Shown in pieces: positions 16,584-26,334 of a stretch of 64,000 bases of DNA (position 1 is the first letter of the stretch; every line of letters starts with the position of its first letter). A program made the translations under genes and the position numbers. Under the pieces are notes generated by a model that saw only the letters and a program-made list of their open reading frames with translations, made no database searches and was not told the origin of the DNA. Source of the DNA: an uncultured Anaerolineaceae bacterium (lineage in GTDB: Bacteria > Chloroflexota > Anaerolineae > Anaerolineales > DRMV01); NCBI GenBank assembly GCA_964446575.1, contig CAYUOX010000072.1, positions 3,327-67,326 on the forward strand. Reading direction: 5' to 3'.

Positions 16584-18113
16584 CTACCATCCCCAGCGCT
16601 TCCAGACCCCGGCGCGCTTCCACAGCGACACGCGGCCGCCTTCGGCCGGGCGAATGATTTGCGCGGCCTCTTGTGCTTGCTTGTGGGCCACCAGCGTGGC
16701 CATGAGCGCGGCGATAGGGGCCAGGTCTTCCCGCAGCACCATCGCGTCCGCGTCTTCCATCGAAAAGCGCTCTTCGACAAAGCGGGTGTCGAATTGGCCG
16801 GCCATAAAACGGTGCTGCTCCAGCAGGTTTTGGTGAAAGGGGATGTTGGTGCGCACGCCCACGATCTTGTACTCTTCCAACGCACGGCGCAAACGCAGGG
16901 TGGCGTGCGCGCGGGTTTCGCCCCAGACGATGAGTTTGGAGATCAACGAATCATAGTAGGGCGTGATCTCGAACCCCGCGAACACGCCGGTGTCGACTCG
17001 CACACCAGGGCCTGTGGGCAGCGCGTGGTACAAAATCGTACCTGTGGAGGGCAGAAAATCGTTGTAGGGGTCTTCGGCGTTGATGCGGCTTTCGATGGCC
17101 CACCCTTTGATTTGGATGTCTTCTTGTCGGTAGCGCAACTGGCGGCCGCGCGCGATGCGAATTTGCTCTTTGACAATGTCGACGCCGGTGACGGCCTCGG
17201 TGACGGGGTGCTCTACTTGGATGCGGGTGTTCATCTCCAAGAAGTAGAAGTTCTTGTCCTTGTCCATGAGGAACTCGACCGTGCCGGCATTGATGTAATT
17301 CACCGCGGCCGCGGCTCGCACGGCCACCGCGCCCAAACGCTGCCGCAAGGCCTCGTCGGTATCCACGAAGGGTGAGGGTGCTTCTTCCAGCAACTTCTGA
17401 TGTCGGCGCTGGATGGAGCACTCGCGCTCACCCAAGTGGATGATGTTGCCGTACGCGTCGGCCAGCACTTGCACTTCGATGTGCCGCGCGCCTTCAATCA
17501 TTTTTTCCAGGTAGACCCGGTCGTCGCCAAACGCGGCTTTGGCCTCTTGCCGGGCCAGTTGCAGCGCGGCGGGCATCTCTTCGGGCGAGCGCACGATGCG
17601 CATGCCTTTGCCACCGCCCCCCGCGGCAGCCTTGATCATGAGGGGGAACCCGATTTGCGGGGCCAGGGCCAGTAGATCCTCGTCTCGCAGGTCTTCTTCG
17701 GCCTCGGTGCCGGGCACCACAGGCACGCCCGCGGCCTTCATGCGGCGGCGGGCTTCGACCTTATCGCCCATCGCGGCGATGGCGTCGGGCTTGGGCCCGA
17801 TGAACACCAGGCCCGCGTCTTCGACCATGGCCGCGAACTCCGCGTTCTCGGCCAAAAACCCATAGCCCGGATGGATGGCCTCGGCCCCGCTTTTGCGCGC
17901 GATGTCGATGATTTTGTCCATGCGCAGGTATGACTCTTGCGCCGGCGGTGGGCCCAGGCGATAGGCTTCGTCGGCAAAGCGCACATGGAGGGCCTGCCGG
18001 TCCGCGTCGGAGAACACGGCCACGGTCTTCAGCCCCAACTCTCGGCAGGCCCGCAACACACGGACCGCGATTTCACCACGGTTGGCGATGAGCACTTTCG
18101 TAAAGGGTGGCAT
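16584..18113 (-). CDS. accC: Biotin carboxylase subunit of acetyl/propionyl-CoA carboxylase
   Basis: 509 aa. Carries MPPFTKVLIANRGEIAVRVLRACRELG, HPGYGFLAENAEFA and the EMNTRIQVEHPVTE motif. There is no biotin carboxyl carrier protein (BCCP) domain. Confidence 0.9.
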   Translation of the reverse strand: MPPFTKVLIANRGEIAVRVLRACRELGLKTVAVFSDADRQALHVRFADEAYRLGPPPAQESYLRMDKIIDIARKSGAEAIHPGYGFLAENAEFAAMVEDAGLVFIGPKPDAIAAMGDKVEARRRMKAAGVPVVPGTEAEEDLRDEDLLALAPQIGFPLMIKAAAGGGGKGMRIVRSPEEMPAALQLARQEAKAAFGDDRVYLEKMIEGARHIEVQVLADAYGNIIHLGERECSIQRRHQKLLEEAPSPFVDTDEALRQRLGAVAVRAAAAVNYINAGTVEFLMDKDKNFYFLEMNTRIQVEHPVTEAVTGVDIVKEQIRIARGRQLRYRQEDIQIKGWAIESRINAEDPYNDFLPSTGTILYHALPTGPGVRVDTGVFAGFEITPYYDSLISKLIVWGETRAHATLRLRRALEEYKIVGVRTNIPFHQNLLEQHRFMAGQFDTRFVEERFSMEDADAMVLREDLAPIAALMATLVAHKQAQEAAQIIRPAEGGRVSLWKRAGVWKRWGW

Positions 18114-18134
18114 GGCGCGTCTCCTGCGCGAGGG

Positions 18135-19688
18135 TCACAGCGGAATGTTGCCGTGCTTCTTGGGCGGGTTGCTGTCGCGCTTGTTGGCCAGCATTTGCAG
18201 CGCGTTGATCAGGCGGGGTCGGGTCTCGCGCGGCTCGATGACATCGTCGATGTAGCCCCGGGCCGCGGCCCGATAAGGGTGCGCGAACTCCTGGCGATAC
18301 ATGTCCACCAATTCTTTCTTCTTTGCCTCGGGGTCGTCGGCCGCGGCCAACTCTTTGCGGAAGATGATGTTGACCGCGCCATCAGGCCCCATGACCGCGA
18401 TTTCGGCCGTGGGCCAAGCCAGATTCAAATCCCCGCGAATGTGCTTGCTGCTCATCACATCGTACGCGCCGCCATAGGCCTTGCGGGTGATGACCGTGAG
18501 TTTGGGGACTGTGGCTTCGCAGTAAGCGTAGAGCAATTTGGCCCCCGCGCGAATGATGCCCCCGTGTTCTTGGGCCGTGCCCGGCATGAACCCGGGCACA
18601 TCCACAAAAGTCACCACGGGTATGTTGAACGCGTCGCAAAAGCGAATGAAGCGCGCGGCTTTCTCTGAGGCGTGGATGTCCAGCACGCCGGCCAGCACCG
18701 CGGGTTGGTTGGCCACGATGCCCACGCTGTAGCCGCCCAAGCGGGCGAATCCCACCACAATGTTGGGCGCGAATTGCTCGTGAATCTCGAAGAACTCGCC
18801 GTTGTCGACCACGCGGGTAATGACATCGCGAATGTCGTAGGGCTTGGCAGGATCATGCGGCACGATGTGATCCAACTCGGGGTCTTGCCGCAAGGGGTCG
18901 TCGCCGGTGTCAACGAACGGCGGGTCTTCCATGTTGTTCTGGGGGAAGTAGCCCAGCAATTTGCGTGTCAGATACAGCACATCGGCCTCTGTGTCGGCCA
19001 CCACGTGGGCCACGCCCGATTTGGACGCGTGCACGTCCGCGCCGCCCAACTCTTCGAACGTGACATCCTCGTGGGTGACGGCTTTGACCACCTGCGGCCC
19101 GGTAACGAACATGTATGACTTGCCCCGCACCATGAAAACAAAGTCGGTCAAAGCCGGCGAATACACCGCGCCCCCCGCGCTGGGCCCCATGATGAGACTG
19201 ATTTGGGGGATGACCCCTGAGGCCAGCGTGTTGCGCAGAAAAATGTCCGCGTATCCACCCAGGGAGTCGACGCCCTCTTGCACGCGCGCGCCTCCCGAAT
19301 CGTTGATGCCGATAATCGGCGCACCGTTCTTCAGGGCCATGTCCATGATTTTGACGATTTTGGCCGCGTGGGCTTCGCCCAGGCTGCCGCCCATCACGGT
19401 GAAGTCCTGCGAAAAAACAAAGACTAAACGGCCGTCAATGGTGCCCCAGCCGGTGACCACACCATCGCCCAAATATTTGCGCTTTTCTAAGCCAAAGCCC
19501 GTGGCCCGGTGGGTGACGAACATGTCGATCTCGCGGAACGAGCCCTTATCCAACAGCAAATCCAGCCGCTCGCGCGCGGTGAGTTTGCCCTGCTTGCGGC
19601 GCTTCTCGATGCGTTCGGGCCCGCCTCCTTGTAAGGCCTGGGCCCGCAATTCGCGTAAACGCTGGATTTTGGGGTCGACTTCGCTCAT
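18135..19688 (-). CDS. pccB: Acyl-CoA carboxylase carboxyltransferase (propionyl-CoA carboxylase beta / methylmalonyl-CoA carboxyltransferase family)
   Basis: 517 aa from ATG 19688 ([51 protein letters not shown]). AAGGAGG precedes the start. The 658-aa track ORF is an upstream GC-shadow extension. Confidence 0.9.
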   Translation of the reverse strand: MSEVDPKIQRLRELRAQALQGGGPERIEKRRKQGKLTARERLDLLLDKGSFREIDMFVTHRATGFGLEKRKYLGDGVVTGWGTIDGRLVFVFSQDFTVMGGSLGEAHAAKIVKIMDMALKNGAPIIGINDSGGARVQEGVDSLGGYADIFLRNTLASGVIPQISLIMGPSAGGAVYSPALTDFVFMVRGKSYMFVTGPQVVKAVTHEDVTFEELGGADVHASKSGVAHVVADTEADVLYLTRKLLGYFPQNNMEDPPFVDTGDDPLRQDPELDHIVPHDPAKPYDIRDVITRVVDNGEFFEIHEQFAPNIVVGFARLGGYSVGIVANQPAVLAGVLDIHASEKAARFIRFCDAFNIPVVTFVDVPGFMPGTAQEHGGIIRAGAKLLYAYCEATVPKLTVITRKAYGGAYDVMSSKHIRGDLNLAWPTAEIAVMGPDGAVNIIFRKELAAADDPEAKKKELVDMYRQEFAHPYRAAARGYIDDVIEPRETRPRLINALQMLANKRDSNPPKKHGNIPL

Positions 19689-20164
19689 GTTGCCTCCTTG
19701 GAACGATGTGCGGCGAAAGATGCGGGAGCATCCGCCTGGGTGGTCAAGCGGTGCAAGGCCAGCCAAAACCCGATTTTCGCGGCCGTGACGCCGGCGGCAA
19801 CCAGCGCAGCCGGCGTGCTGGGGGCCTCGGGGACCCAAAACAATCGTTCGGCAAAGGACCACAGCAGATACGCCACGCCCAGGCCACGCGCCTCGCGGCG
19901 GGCCCATGCCGCGCCGCGCACGAACGCGAGCAGCCAAGGCAGGCCGATCCCCAGCACCAGCGCGCTCACGCCCGCGACCCACGGCCATCCCACGCGCCAC
20001 GGCCATTCCTCCAGCACCCCCGAGCGCGCCAGGCGAAACACCAGGGACAAACGCAGTCCGTGGCGCGCGAGCACGCCCACGGCCAGGGCCATCATCAACC
20101 GCCGGGCCCAACGTGCGGTAACCTCATCATCCGCGGCAGGGCCGCGCCGAGCATCCTCGCTCAT
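19685..20164 (-). CDS. Small hydrophobic protein (about 4 predicted TM helices), unknown function
   Basis: 159 aa from ATG 20164. It fills the otherwise empty 470-nt gap between the sigma gene and pccB. ATGA overlaps occur at both ends (20161-20164 and 19685-19688). Hydrophobic segments include [30 protein letters not shown] and [19 protein letters not shown]. Confidence 0.5.
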   Translation of the reverse strand: MSEDARRGPAADDEVTARWARRLMMALAVGVLARHGLRLSLVFRLARSGVLEEWPWRVGWPWVAGVSALVLGIGLPWLLAFVRGAAWARREARGLGVAYLLWSFAERLFWVPEAPSTPAALVAAGVTAAKIGFWLALHRLTTQADAPASFAAHRSKEAT

Positions 20165-21645
20165 CCTTCCAAACTCTCCCGCAAGAAATAGCGCCGACTG
20201 GGATGGCGCAGTTTGCGCAAGGCGCGGGATTCGATCTGCCGAATGCGCTCGCGCGTGACGTTGAACTTGCGGCCCACCTCCTCCAGCGTGTAGACCTTGC
20301 CGTCCAGTAGGCCGAAGCGCAATTCGATGACCTCGCGCTCTCGGTCGGTGAGCACGGCCAGCGCGTTGCGAATTTGCTCCCGCAAGGCTTCTTGCCAAGT
20401 GTACTCGCTGGGATGGGGCGTTTGCTTGTCTTCGATGAAGTCGGCCAGTTGGCTTTCTGCGTCCGAGCCGACCGGGCTTTCCAGCGAAAGGGGCTCTTCT
20501 GCAATGCGCAGCACTTGGCGCACCTTTTCCACGGCTTGGCGCAGGCGTTGCTTGTCGCGCGGGCTCAGGGGCCGCTCACGCGCCCAAGCCTGCCGAATGC
20601 GCTGGGCGGTTTCGGCATCCAAATAGCCGCTGGCCACCGCGAGTTCTTCGGGGGTCGGGTCGCGGCCCAGTTGCTGAACCAGTTGTTGCCGAATGCGGTT
20701 CAGTTTGTGATAGTTTTCCATTAGGTGCACGGGCACCCGAATGGTGCGCGACTGGTCCGCGATCGCGCGCGACACGGCCTGCCGAATCCACCACGTGGCG
20801 TAGGTGCTGAACTTGTACCCTCGGGCCGGGTCGAATTTCTCCACGGCCCGCAACAACCCCAAGTTGCCCTCTTGGATCAGGTCCAGAAAAGGCACGCCTT
20901 GGTTGGTGTAGCGCTTGGCCACGCTCACCACCAAGCGCAGGTTGGCCCGCACCAGGGTTTCGCGCGCCCGTTCGGCCCGGCGGGCGATCTCTTGGCGGTG
21001 GGCTTGCAATGCCGCATCGTCGGGCAACATGCGGCTAAACCCGGCCTTGCTGGGCCACGATTGGCGGCGCTTCCAACGGCGTTCCAACCCGCCGCGCGCC
21101 TTAGGCGGCAGCAAATACAGCGCGACCAGCACGTCGAAGGCTGCGCGCGCGAACGCGTCCCAGGTCTCGTCTTTGCCCCACGGCCCTTGGTGCAAGAATT
21201 CGTGCAAATAGGACCGGGCCTGTCGGTCGGGCCAACGCTGGGGCAAGTGTTGCGCTTCTTCGAGCAAGGCCAGCGGGTCGGGCCGCGGGAAGCCGTATCG
21301 GGCGACCGCGTCTTCCACCTGCTGCCACGCGTGCAGCATCTGGTCGTACACCGCCCGAAAGATGGCCTTCCAGCGCGACGTGCCCCGCCGCGCGGCCGGG
21401 GGGTGCTCCTCCAGGCGTTGGATGCGGCGTTCGGCCTCGATCATGACCGAAAGCCAGAATTCTTGCACCGCGGTCAGCAATTCTTGCTGGCCGATTTCGC
21501 GCAAGTAGAGGTGCACCGGGTCCGTACCCAGGTCTGCGGGGTGCTCGCGTTCCAAGTTCCAGGCTTCGATGTCTTCGAGTTCCCGGGCGGTAGGTTGCAG
21601 GTCCGCCTCGGGGTTGTCCCACAGACGGGCCTCGTCGTCGCTCAT
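20161..21645 (-). CDS. Sigma-70 family factor (group 1/2-like) with a long insertion between regions 1.2 and 2.1
   Basis: 494 aa. Carries [17 protein letters not shown] (region 1.2), [11 protein letters not shown]...[38 protein letters not shown] (region 2) and [26 protein letters not shown] (region 4.2). GAGGAGG precedes ATG 21645. Confidence 0.9.
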   Translation of the reverse strand: MSDDEARLWDNPEADLQPTARELEDIEAWNLEREHPADLGTDPVHLYLREIGQQELLTAVQEFWLSVMIEAERRIQRLEEHPPAARRGTSRWKAIFRAVYDQMLHAWQQVEDAVARYGFPRPDPLALLEEAQHLPQRWPDRQARSYLHEFLHQGPWGKDETWDAFARAAFDVLVALYLLPPKARGGLERRWKRRQSWPSKAGFSRMLPDDAALQAHRQEIARRAERARETLVRANLRLVVSVAKRYTNQGVPFLDLIQEGNLGLLRAVEKFDPARGYKFSTYATWWIRQAVSRAIADQSRTIRVPVHLMENYHKLNRIRQQLVQQLGRDPTPEELAVASGYLDAETAQRIRQAWARERPLSPRDKQRLRQAVEKVRQVLRIAEEPLSLESPVGSDAESQLADFIEDKQTPHPSEYTWQEALREQIRNALAVLTDREREVIELRFGLLDGKVYTLEEVGRKFNVTRERIRQIESRALRKLRHPSRRYFLRESLEG

Positions 21646-23510
21646 AGGACCTCCTCGGTCGTGCACTTGGCGTGCTGCTCCGCGACATCTATGTTTTTTA
21701 ACACCACCTGGGCCCGTTGGATAGCCTCCAGGTGGGCGGCCTGCTCACTGGGAGGGGCCAGGCGCATGAGCGCGATGCGTTGGTCCAGTTCTTGCTTGTA
21801 GGCTTCGCGGCGCAGGTGCAGCACCAGCAGCAGGGCTTCGCGCGCCCGTCGCGCGGGGGCGTGGGTGCGCAGTTCGGCCACTGCCGCTTGGCAGGCTTGC
21901 CACACGGCGGCCAGGGAAGGATCCAGGTGGCGGGCCAGGTACTCGTCTTCCGACACTTCGAATTGTTCCAGCGCGCGTTGCCACACTTGCCACAGCGCGC
22001 GGTGGGGGCCATGGCGGAAGTCGTCAACGCCCACGGGGGGCAAGCCCACGGCCCGCAAGCAGCGGTCCACCCGGGCTTGCACGTTGGCATCGGTGAGCAG
22101 CAGGCCCAGCAGCACCTGTTCGCGTCGCGGCGCGCGAGGGGTGGGCGGCGCGGCCCCAGGGTCGGTTTTGGATCGGGGCCGGCCCCGGGCAGGGCGCCGT
22201 TGGGTGACCAGCGCGGCAACGCTGGCATAAGACGTGCCCAACAGGTCGGCCAGGTGGCGAATATAGGCTTCGCGCTCCACCGGGTTGGCCACCAGCCGCA
22301 GCAGGTCGGCCATCTCTTGGGCAAAGCGCGCCCGCTCGCGCGGGTCGTGGGGGTCCAACTCGGCCGCGCGCCAATCCATCACGAACAGCAGCAGCGGCCG
22401 CGCTTGGGCTAACCGTTGCTCCCACTGCGTGGGGTCGCGGCGCACGAGTTCGTCCGGGTCCACGCCTTCGGGCAGGGTGACGACGCGCAACTGCACGTCT
22501 AAGCGCTGCTCATAACGCACGAACCCGCGCATGTCGAGCACGGGCTCTTGGCCGTCGGTAGCCCGCTCGGCCACTTCCAGGCTGCGCAACATCGCGCGCC
22601 GGCCCGCGGCGTCGGGGTCCAGCGCCAACACGATGCGCTTGGAATAGCGCTTCAGCAGGCGCAGGTGGTGTTCGGTGAGCGCGGTGCCCATGGGCGCGAC
22701 CGCGTAGTCGTGCCCGGCTTGGTGCAGCGCGATGACATCCATGTAGCCTTCGACCACTACGGCCAAGTCGCGGCGGCGGATGGCGCTTTTGGCCTTGTCC
22801 AGCCCGTAGAGCAGGCGGCTTTTGTCGAACAGCGGCCCCTGGGGGGAATTCAAGTATTTGGGCACGCCGTCCGGCTCCAGGGTGCGCGCGCCAAAGCCGG
22901 CCATACGTCCGCGCTCGTCGCGAATGGGGAACATGACCCGATGGCGAAAACGGTCGTAGACCCGGCCGGTATCGTCGTTCCGCGAGACCAGCCCGGCCGC
23001 GACCAAATCGTCCACCGAACGGCCTTGCGCCAGAAAGTGGCGTAGCAGGTTTTCGTAGCCCGCGGGCGCGTAGCCCAGCCCAAAGGCTTCGATGGTGGCG
23101 TCGTTCAGACCGCGGTCACGCAGATAGGCATACGCCACCCGACCTTGCTCGGTGGTCAAGTGATGGCGGAAGAACAGGCTGGCCTCTTCCAACAGTTCGC
23201 GCAAAGGCGCGTGCGGGTCGGCCGCGTGGCCTTGGTGCAACACCACGCCAGCCCGCCGGGCCAATACTTGCAAGGCCTCGCGGAAGTCGAGGTTTTCGCG
23301 TTCTTGCAGAAAGGTGAACACATCGCCGCCCTTGCCGCAGCCAAAGCAGCGCCACGTTTGGGTCTCAGGAAAGACCACAAACGACGGCGTGCGATCGTCG
23401 TGGAAGGGGCAGCGCGCGATGTAATTCTTGCCGCTGCGCCGCAACTCCACATATTCGCCAATGAGGTCGACGATGTCGACTCGGGCTTTAATGTCATCTA
23501 CCACCGTCAT
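21642..23510 (-). CDS. dnaG: DNA primase
   Basis: 622 aa. Contains the [34 protein letters not shown] zinc ribbon and a TOPRIM region ([12 protein letters not shown]). Confidence 0.95.
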   Translation of the reverse strand: MTVVDDIKARVDIVDLIGEYVELRRSGKNYIARCPFHDDRTPSFVVFPETQTWRCFGCGKGGDVFTFLQERENLDFREALQVLARRAGVVLHQGHAADPHAPLRELLEEASLFFRHHLTTEQGRVAYAYLRDRGLNDATIEAFGLGYAPAGYENLLRHFLAQGRSVDDLVAAGLVSRNDDTGRVYDRFRHRVMFPIRDERGRMAGFGARTLEPDGVPKYLNSPQGPLFDKSRLLYGLDKAKSAIRRRDLAVVVEGYMDVIALHQAGHDYAVAPMGTALTEHHLRLLKRYSKRIVLALDPDAAGRRAMLRSLEVAERATDGQEPVLDMRGFVRYEQRLDVQLRVVTLPEGVDPDELVRRDPTQWEQRLAQARPLLLFVMDWRAAELDPHDPRERARFAQEMADLLRLVANPVEREAYIRHLADLLGTSYASVAALVTQRRPARGRPRSKTDPGAAPPTPRAPRREQVLLGLLLTDANVQARVDRCLRAVGLPPVGVDDFRHGPHRALWQVWQRALEQFEVSEDEYLARHLDPSLAAVWQACQAAVAELRTHAPARRAREALLLVLHLRREAYKQELDQRIALMRLAPPSEQAAHLEAIQRAQVVLKNIDVAEQHAKCTTEEVL

Positions 23511-23519
23511 GGCGGTCCC

Positions 23520-24764
23520 TCATGGCGTGGGGTCGGGGCGGGGCAGGTCCGTCCCGAGAATTTCGCGCGCGGCCTCCAGCAAGGCGCGGCGTTCTTCGGC
23601 CGACTTGTGTTTGGTCTGCCAGTAGAGGTCCAGCAATTCCAACGGCGATAGGCTGCTGGCGGGCGTATCTGGGGGCAAGCGGAGCCGATTTTCCGCGCGC
23701 GGGCGCCGAATGAGGCGAAAGGAAAGCGCGGCGGCCGCGTGGCGGCGCAACGCGTCTTCATCGATGGCCCGCTCCAGGGCCTGGGGGTATTCCACCACCA
23801 GGCGCACCAGCGCGCCTTCTAAGGCTTCGGCCGGGCCCAACGCGTCCAGCAAGCGCTGGGTCGCACCGTCGGCCTGTTCCAAACGCACAAAGCGGTGCAC
23901 GAAAGGCCGCAAGTGGGGGATGGGGCGCCATTCCACGCGCGTGTGACCGCGCGTCACTTCGGCCAACACAAAGCCCTTGTCTTCGTCGGCCTCGCCGAAA
24001 TCGATGCGCTCGATGGACCCCGCGTACACCAACGGCGGGTGTCCGTCGGGGTTGAGCACCTGGTGTTTGTGGATGTGGCCCAGGGCCACGTAATCCAGCC
24101 GGGGGTGTTGCAGCACATCGCGGGGCAGGTGGAAGTCGGCATCCAGGGCCAGGCTGCGCTCAGAGCCAATGCGCGCGCCCCGCACCGTCGCGTGGGCGGT
24201 CAGCACCGCGGGCAAGTCGTCATCCAGGCCTTTCAGCCAGGTGAGCACCATGTGCCGCAGTCGCGCTTCCACGGCTTCTTGCCAGTCGGGGGTGTGCAGG
24301 GGCAAATCCAGCGCGGCGACAACGCGCGAGCGGGTGAGCCAGGGGATGCCGATGAGGTGCACGGCCACGCCGAACAAGTCATCGGGCCCCCACAGCACCG
24401 GTCGGTCCACCACCCGCACATAGGGCGTCTCCAAAGTGGCGAAGACCTCCAGCGCGTGGGCGCGACCCAACGCGGGGGACAAATCGTGGTTGCCCACCAC
24501 CAGCACGGTGGGAATGCGCGCGTCGGATAGGCGCTTGATGCGTTTGGCCCATTCGCGCAAGTAGGTTGGCGCGGGGGCGCGGTCTTTGAACGCGTCGCCC
24601 GCGAAGACGACCAAGTCGACGCGCTCGTCAATGGCTGTGTCGACAATGGTGTCGAGGGCGCGCAAAAAGTCCATCACCCGCACGGGCAATCCTGTTGCGG
24701 GGTCACGGCGGCCATAGGTGGCAATGTCGATATGCGCGTCGGCAAAATGCAACAGCCGGGGCAT
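23520..24764 (-). CDS. sbcD: SbcD/Mre11-type nuclease (calcineurin-like metallophosphoesterase)
   Basis: 414 aa from ATG 24764 (MPRLLHFADAHID...DLVVFAGDAFKD...VVGNHD...GHIH). GAGGAG precedes the start. Confidence 0.8.
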   Translation of the reverse strand: MPRLLHFADAHIDIATYGRRDPATGLPVRVMDFLRALDTIVDTAIDERVDLVVFAGDAFKDRAPAPTYLREWAKRIKRLSDARIPTVLVVGNHDLSPALGRAHALEVFATLETPYVRVVDRPVLWGPDDLFGVAVHLIGIPWLTRSRVVAALDLPLHTPDWQEAVEARLRHMVLTWLKGLDDDLPAVLTAHATVRGARIGSERSLALDADFHLPRDVLQHPRLDYVALGHIHKHQVLNPDGHPPLVYAGSIERIDFGEADEDKGFVLAEVTRGHTRVEWRPIPHLRPFVHRFVRLEQADGATQRLLDALGPAEALEGALVRLVVEYPQALERAIDEDALRRHAAAALSFRLIRRPRAENRLRLPPDTPASSLSPLELLDLYWQTKHKSAEERRALLEAAREILGTDLPRPDPTP

Positions 24765-24851
24765 GATGCTCCTCGTGGGCGAACCCGGCTTCAAGTATAA
24801 CACGTGGCCCGGCCCGACCGCGCGTTTTTCCACCCGCCGGGCCGTGGGTTG

Positions 24852-24857
24852 TATAAT
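24852..24857 (+). promoter_or_regulatory. -10 TATAAT candidate
   Basis: GGTTGTATAATGAG lies 48 nt upstream of ATG 24905. Confidence 0.3.
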
Positions 24858-24904
24858 GAGAAAAACGATTGGTCCTCTTGGTTCTTTGGGGGCGGGAGCC
24901 ATCG

Positions 24905-25324
24905 ATGCATGTCCAACTTTCGCCGATCCGCCGCGGGGCCGCGGCCCTGAGCGCGTTGCTGGCGTTGGTCGTCATTGGCCAACTGCTGGGGGCTGTGTGG
25001 CGGTTTTACGCCCCAATGTTGACCCGAAGCGAGGCCATATGGTTCGGAGCGTGGGGCGTGCTGGCGTTCCTGGCCGCGCTGGCGCCGTGGTTCTACGCTC
25101 GCGCGCCGCGGCTGGCCGGATGGCTGCCCTACGCGGCCGCGGCTTTGTTCCTGGGGCTGGTCGTGCCGGGTCTCTTCAGCATAAGCGTGCACATGCTGGT
25201 GGCCGGGTTGCTCGAATTGCTCGCGGGTTGGCTGTTGGCCCCTGGGTGGTCGCGGGTGGGGCTCGTGTTTGTCGTGGCGCTGAGCATCACGGCCGGCTTG
25301 CTGGCCTGGGTTTGGCTTGGTTAG
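24905..25324 (+). CDS. Hypothetical integral membrane protein
   Basis: 139 aa with four hydrophobic segments. GGGAG lies 6 nt upstream of ATG 24905. Confidence 0.6.
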   Translation: MHVQLSPIRRGAAALSALLALVVIGQLLGAVWRFYAPMLTRSEAIWFGAWGVLAFLAALAPWFYARAPRLAGWLPYAAAALFLGLVVPGLFSISVHMLVAGLLELLAGWLLAPGWSRVGLVFVVALSITAGLLAWVWLG

Positions 25325-25358
25325 CCGGGGGAAAGCCTCCGATGCGGCCCCGCGGGCC

Positions 25359-25393
25359 AAAAAAAGAGCGAGGGCCCATGGTAGGACCCTCGC
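25359..25393 (-). terminator. Intrinsic terminator downstream of the ferredoxin gene
   Basis: The minus strand reads GCGAGGG...CCCTCGC followed by TCTTTTTTTGG (an A7 run at 25359-25365 on the + strand). Confidence 0.6.
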
Positions 25394-25496
25394 CAGGCAA
25401 CCTGTGACTTGGCCGCCGAATCACCGCGCGGCCAGAGATTCGACGCACCCCGCGGTCGAGCCAGGCCGCGCTCGGCTGGCCAACCGCGCCAAAGGC

Positions 25497-25910
25497 TTAC
25501 TCCTCCAGCGCCGCGTACCCGGTTCCCTCGGAGAAGTAGCGCGCATTGGCTTCGATGTCGGGGGTGAGGTCCACCTCTTGCCCGGCCTCCAGGACCACAG
25601 TGCAAGGGATGTTCTCTTCCTCGCCGCTGTGGTTGGTATGGGTGTAGGGTTCGCCGCCTTCGCATTCGCTGACCGGCAGGCTGATGCGCTCGCCGCCCTT
25701 GGCAACGTAGGGCGCGGGCACCTCGTCTTCAGGGAAGATCGCCTCGAACGGGCACTCGGGCACGCACGCACCGCAATCGATGCAGGTGTCGGGATCGATA
25801 TAAAACAGCGGCCACTCGTCCACGGGCTTGCCGGGGACGATGCACTCCACGGGGCAGACCTCTACACAGGCCGCGTCCCGGAGACACAGGCGGGTGATGA
25901 CATGAGTCAT
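25497..25910 (-). CDS. Ferredoxin, two Fe-S cluster motifs, with an acidic ~70-aa C-terminal extension
   Basis: 137 aa. CLRDAACVEVCP plus CIDCGACVPECP give 7Fe-type cysteine spacing. GAGGAGGAG precedes ATG 25910. Confidence 0.85.
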   Translation of the reverse strand: MTHVITRLCLRDAACVEVCPVECIVPGKPVDEWPLFYIDPDTCIDCGACVPECPFEAIFPEDEVPAPYVAKGGERISLPVSECEGGEPYTHTNHSGEEENIPCTVVLEAGQEVDLTPDIEANARYFSEGTGYAALEE

Positions 25911-25945
25911 AGGACTCCTCCTCACAAGGGAATGGGGTTGCCTCC

Positions 25946-25954
25946 ATTATAGCA
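25946..25954 (-). promoter_or_regulatory. Extended -10 promoter (TGcTATAAT) for the ferredoxin gene
   Basis: The minus strand reads TTTTTGCTATAATGGAGG, 36 nt upstream of the ATG. Confidence 0.5.
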
Positions 25955-26030
25955 AAAATCTCGGCCTTGGGGGATAGCACCAAAGGGTTTTTGCAAATTT
26001 TCGTTTCGCAAATCGCGCGGGATGACACCC

Positions 26031-26265
26031 CAAACCCGGACCGACACGGCGCTGGACTCTGACCTGGCGCCCCGCCGCAGCACGGGCTTTCTCTTCCCCG
26101 AAGCCACGGCCAAGTCGTTGGCCTTTGCTGTGCGGCGGGCGTTGGCGATCTTCGCCGAGCCTCGCCGCTGGCAGGCCCTGCAGCGCCGGGGAATGCGCCG
26201 CGATTTTTCCTGGCAGGCTTCCGCGCGGGCCTACCAGCGACGGTACCGCGCGTTGCAGCAGGTGA
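26031..26265 (+). pseudogene. glgA: C-terminal remnant of a glycogen/starch synthase gene
   Basis: STGFLFPEATAKSLAFAVRRALAIFAEPRRWQALQRRGMRRDFSWQASARAYQRRYRAL matches the extreme C-terminus of GlgA (E. coli ...[21 protein letters not shown]...[27 protein letters not shown]). The in-frame sequence upstream is not GlgA-like and hits a stop at 25950-25952. Confidence 0.7.
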
Positions 26266-26334
26266 AACGGCGACCTCCTTCGTCAAGAAGAGGCTCTCAC
26301 CAAAAAGGCGGGCCCGCCTTCCTCTGCCTTCAGG

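Noticed and set aside
19689-20111. Upstream extension of the carboxyltransferase ORF to 658 aa.
   Set aside because: Family-typical N-termini start at [18 protein letters not shown] precedes ATG 19688, and the extension is Arg/Gly/Ala shadow sequence.
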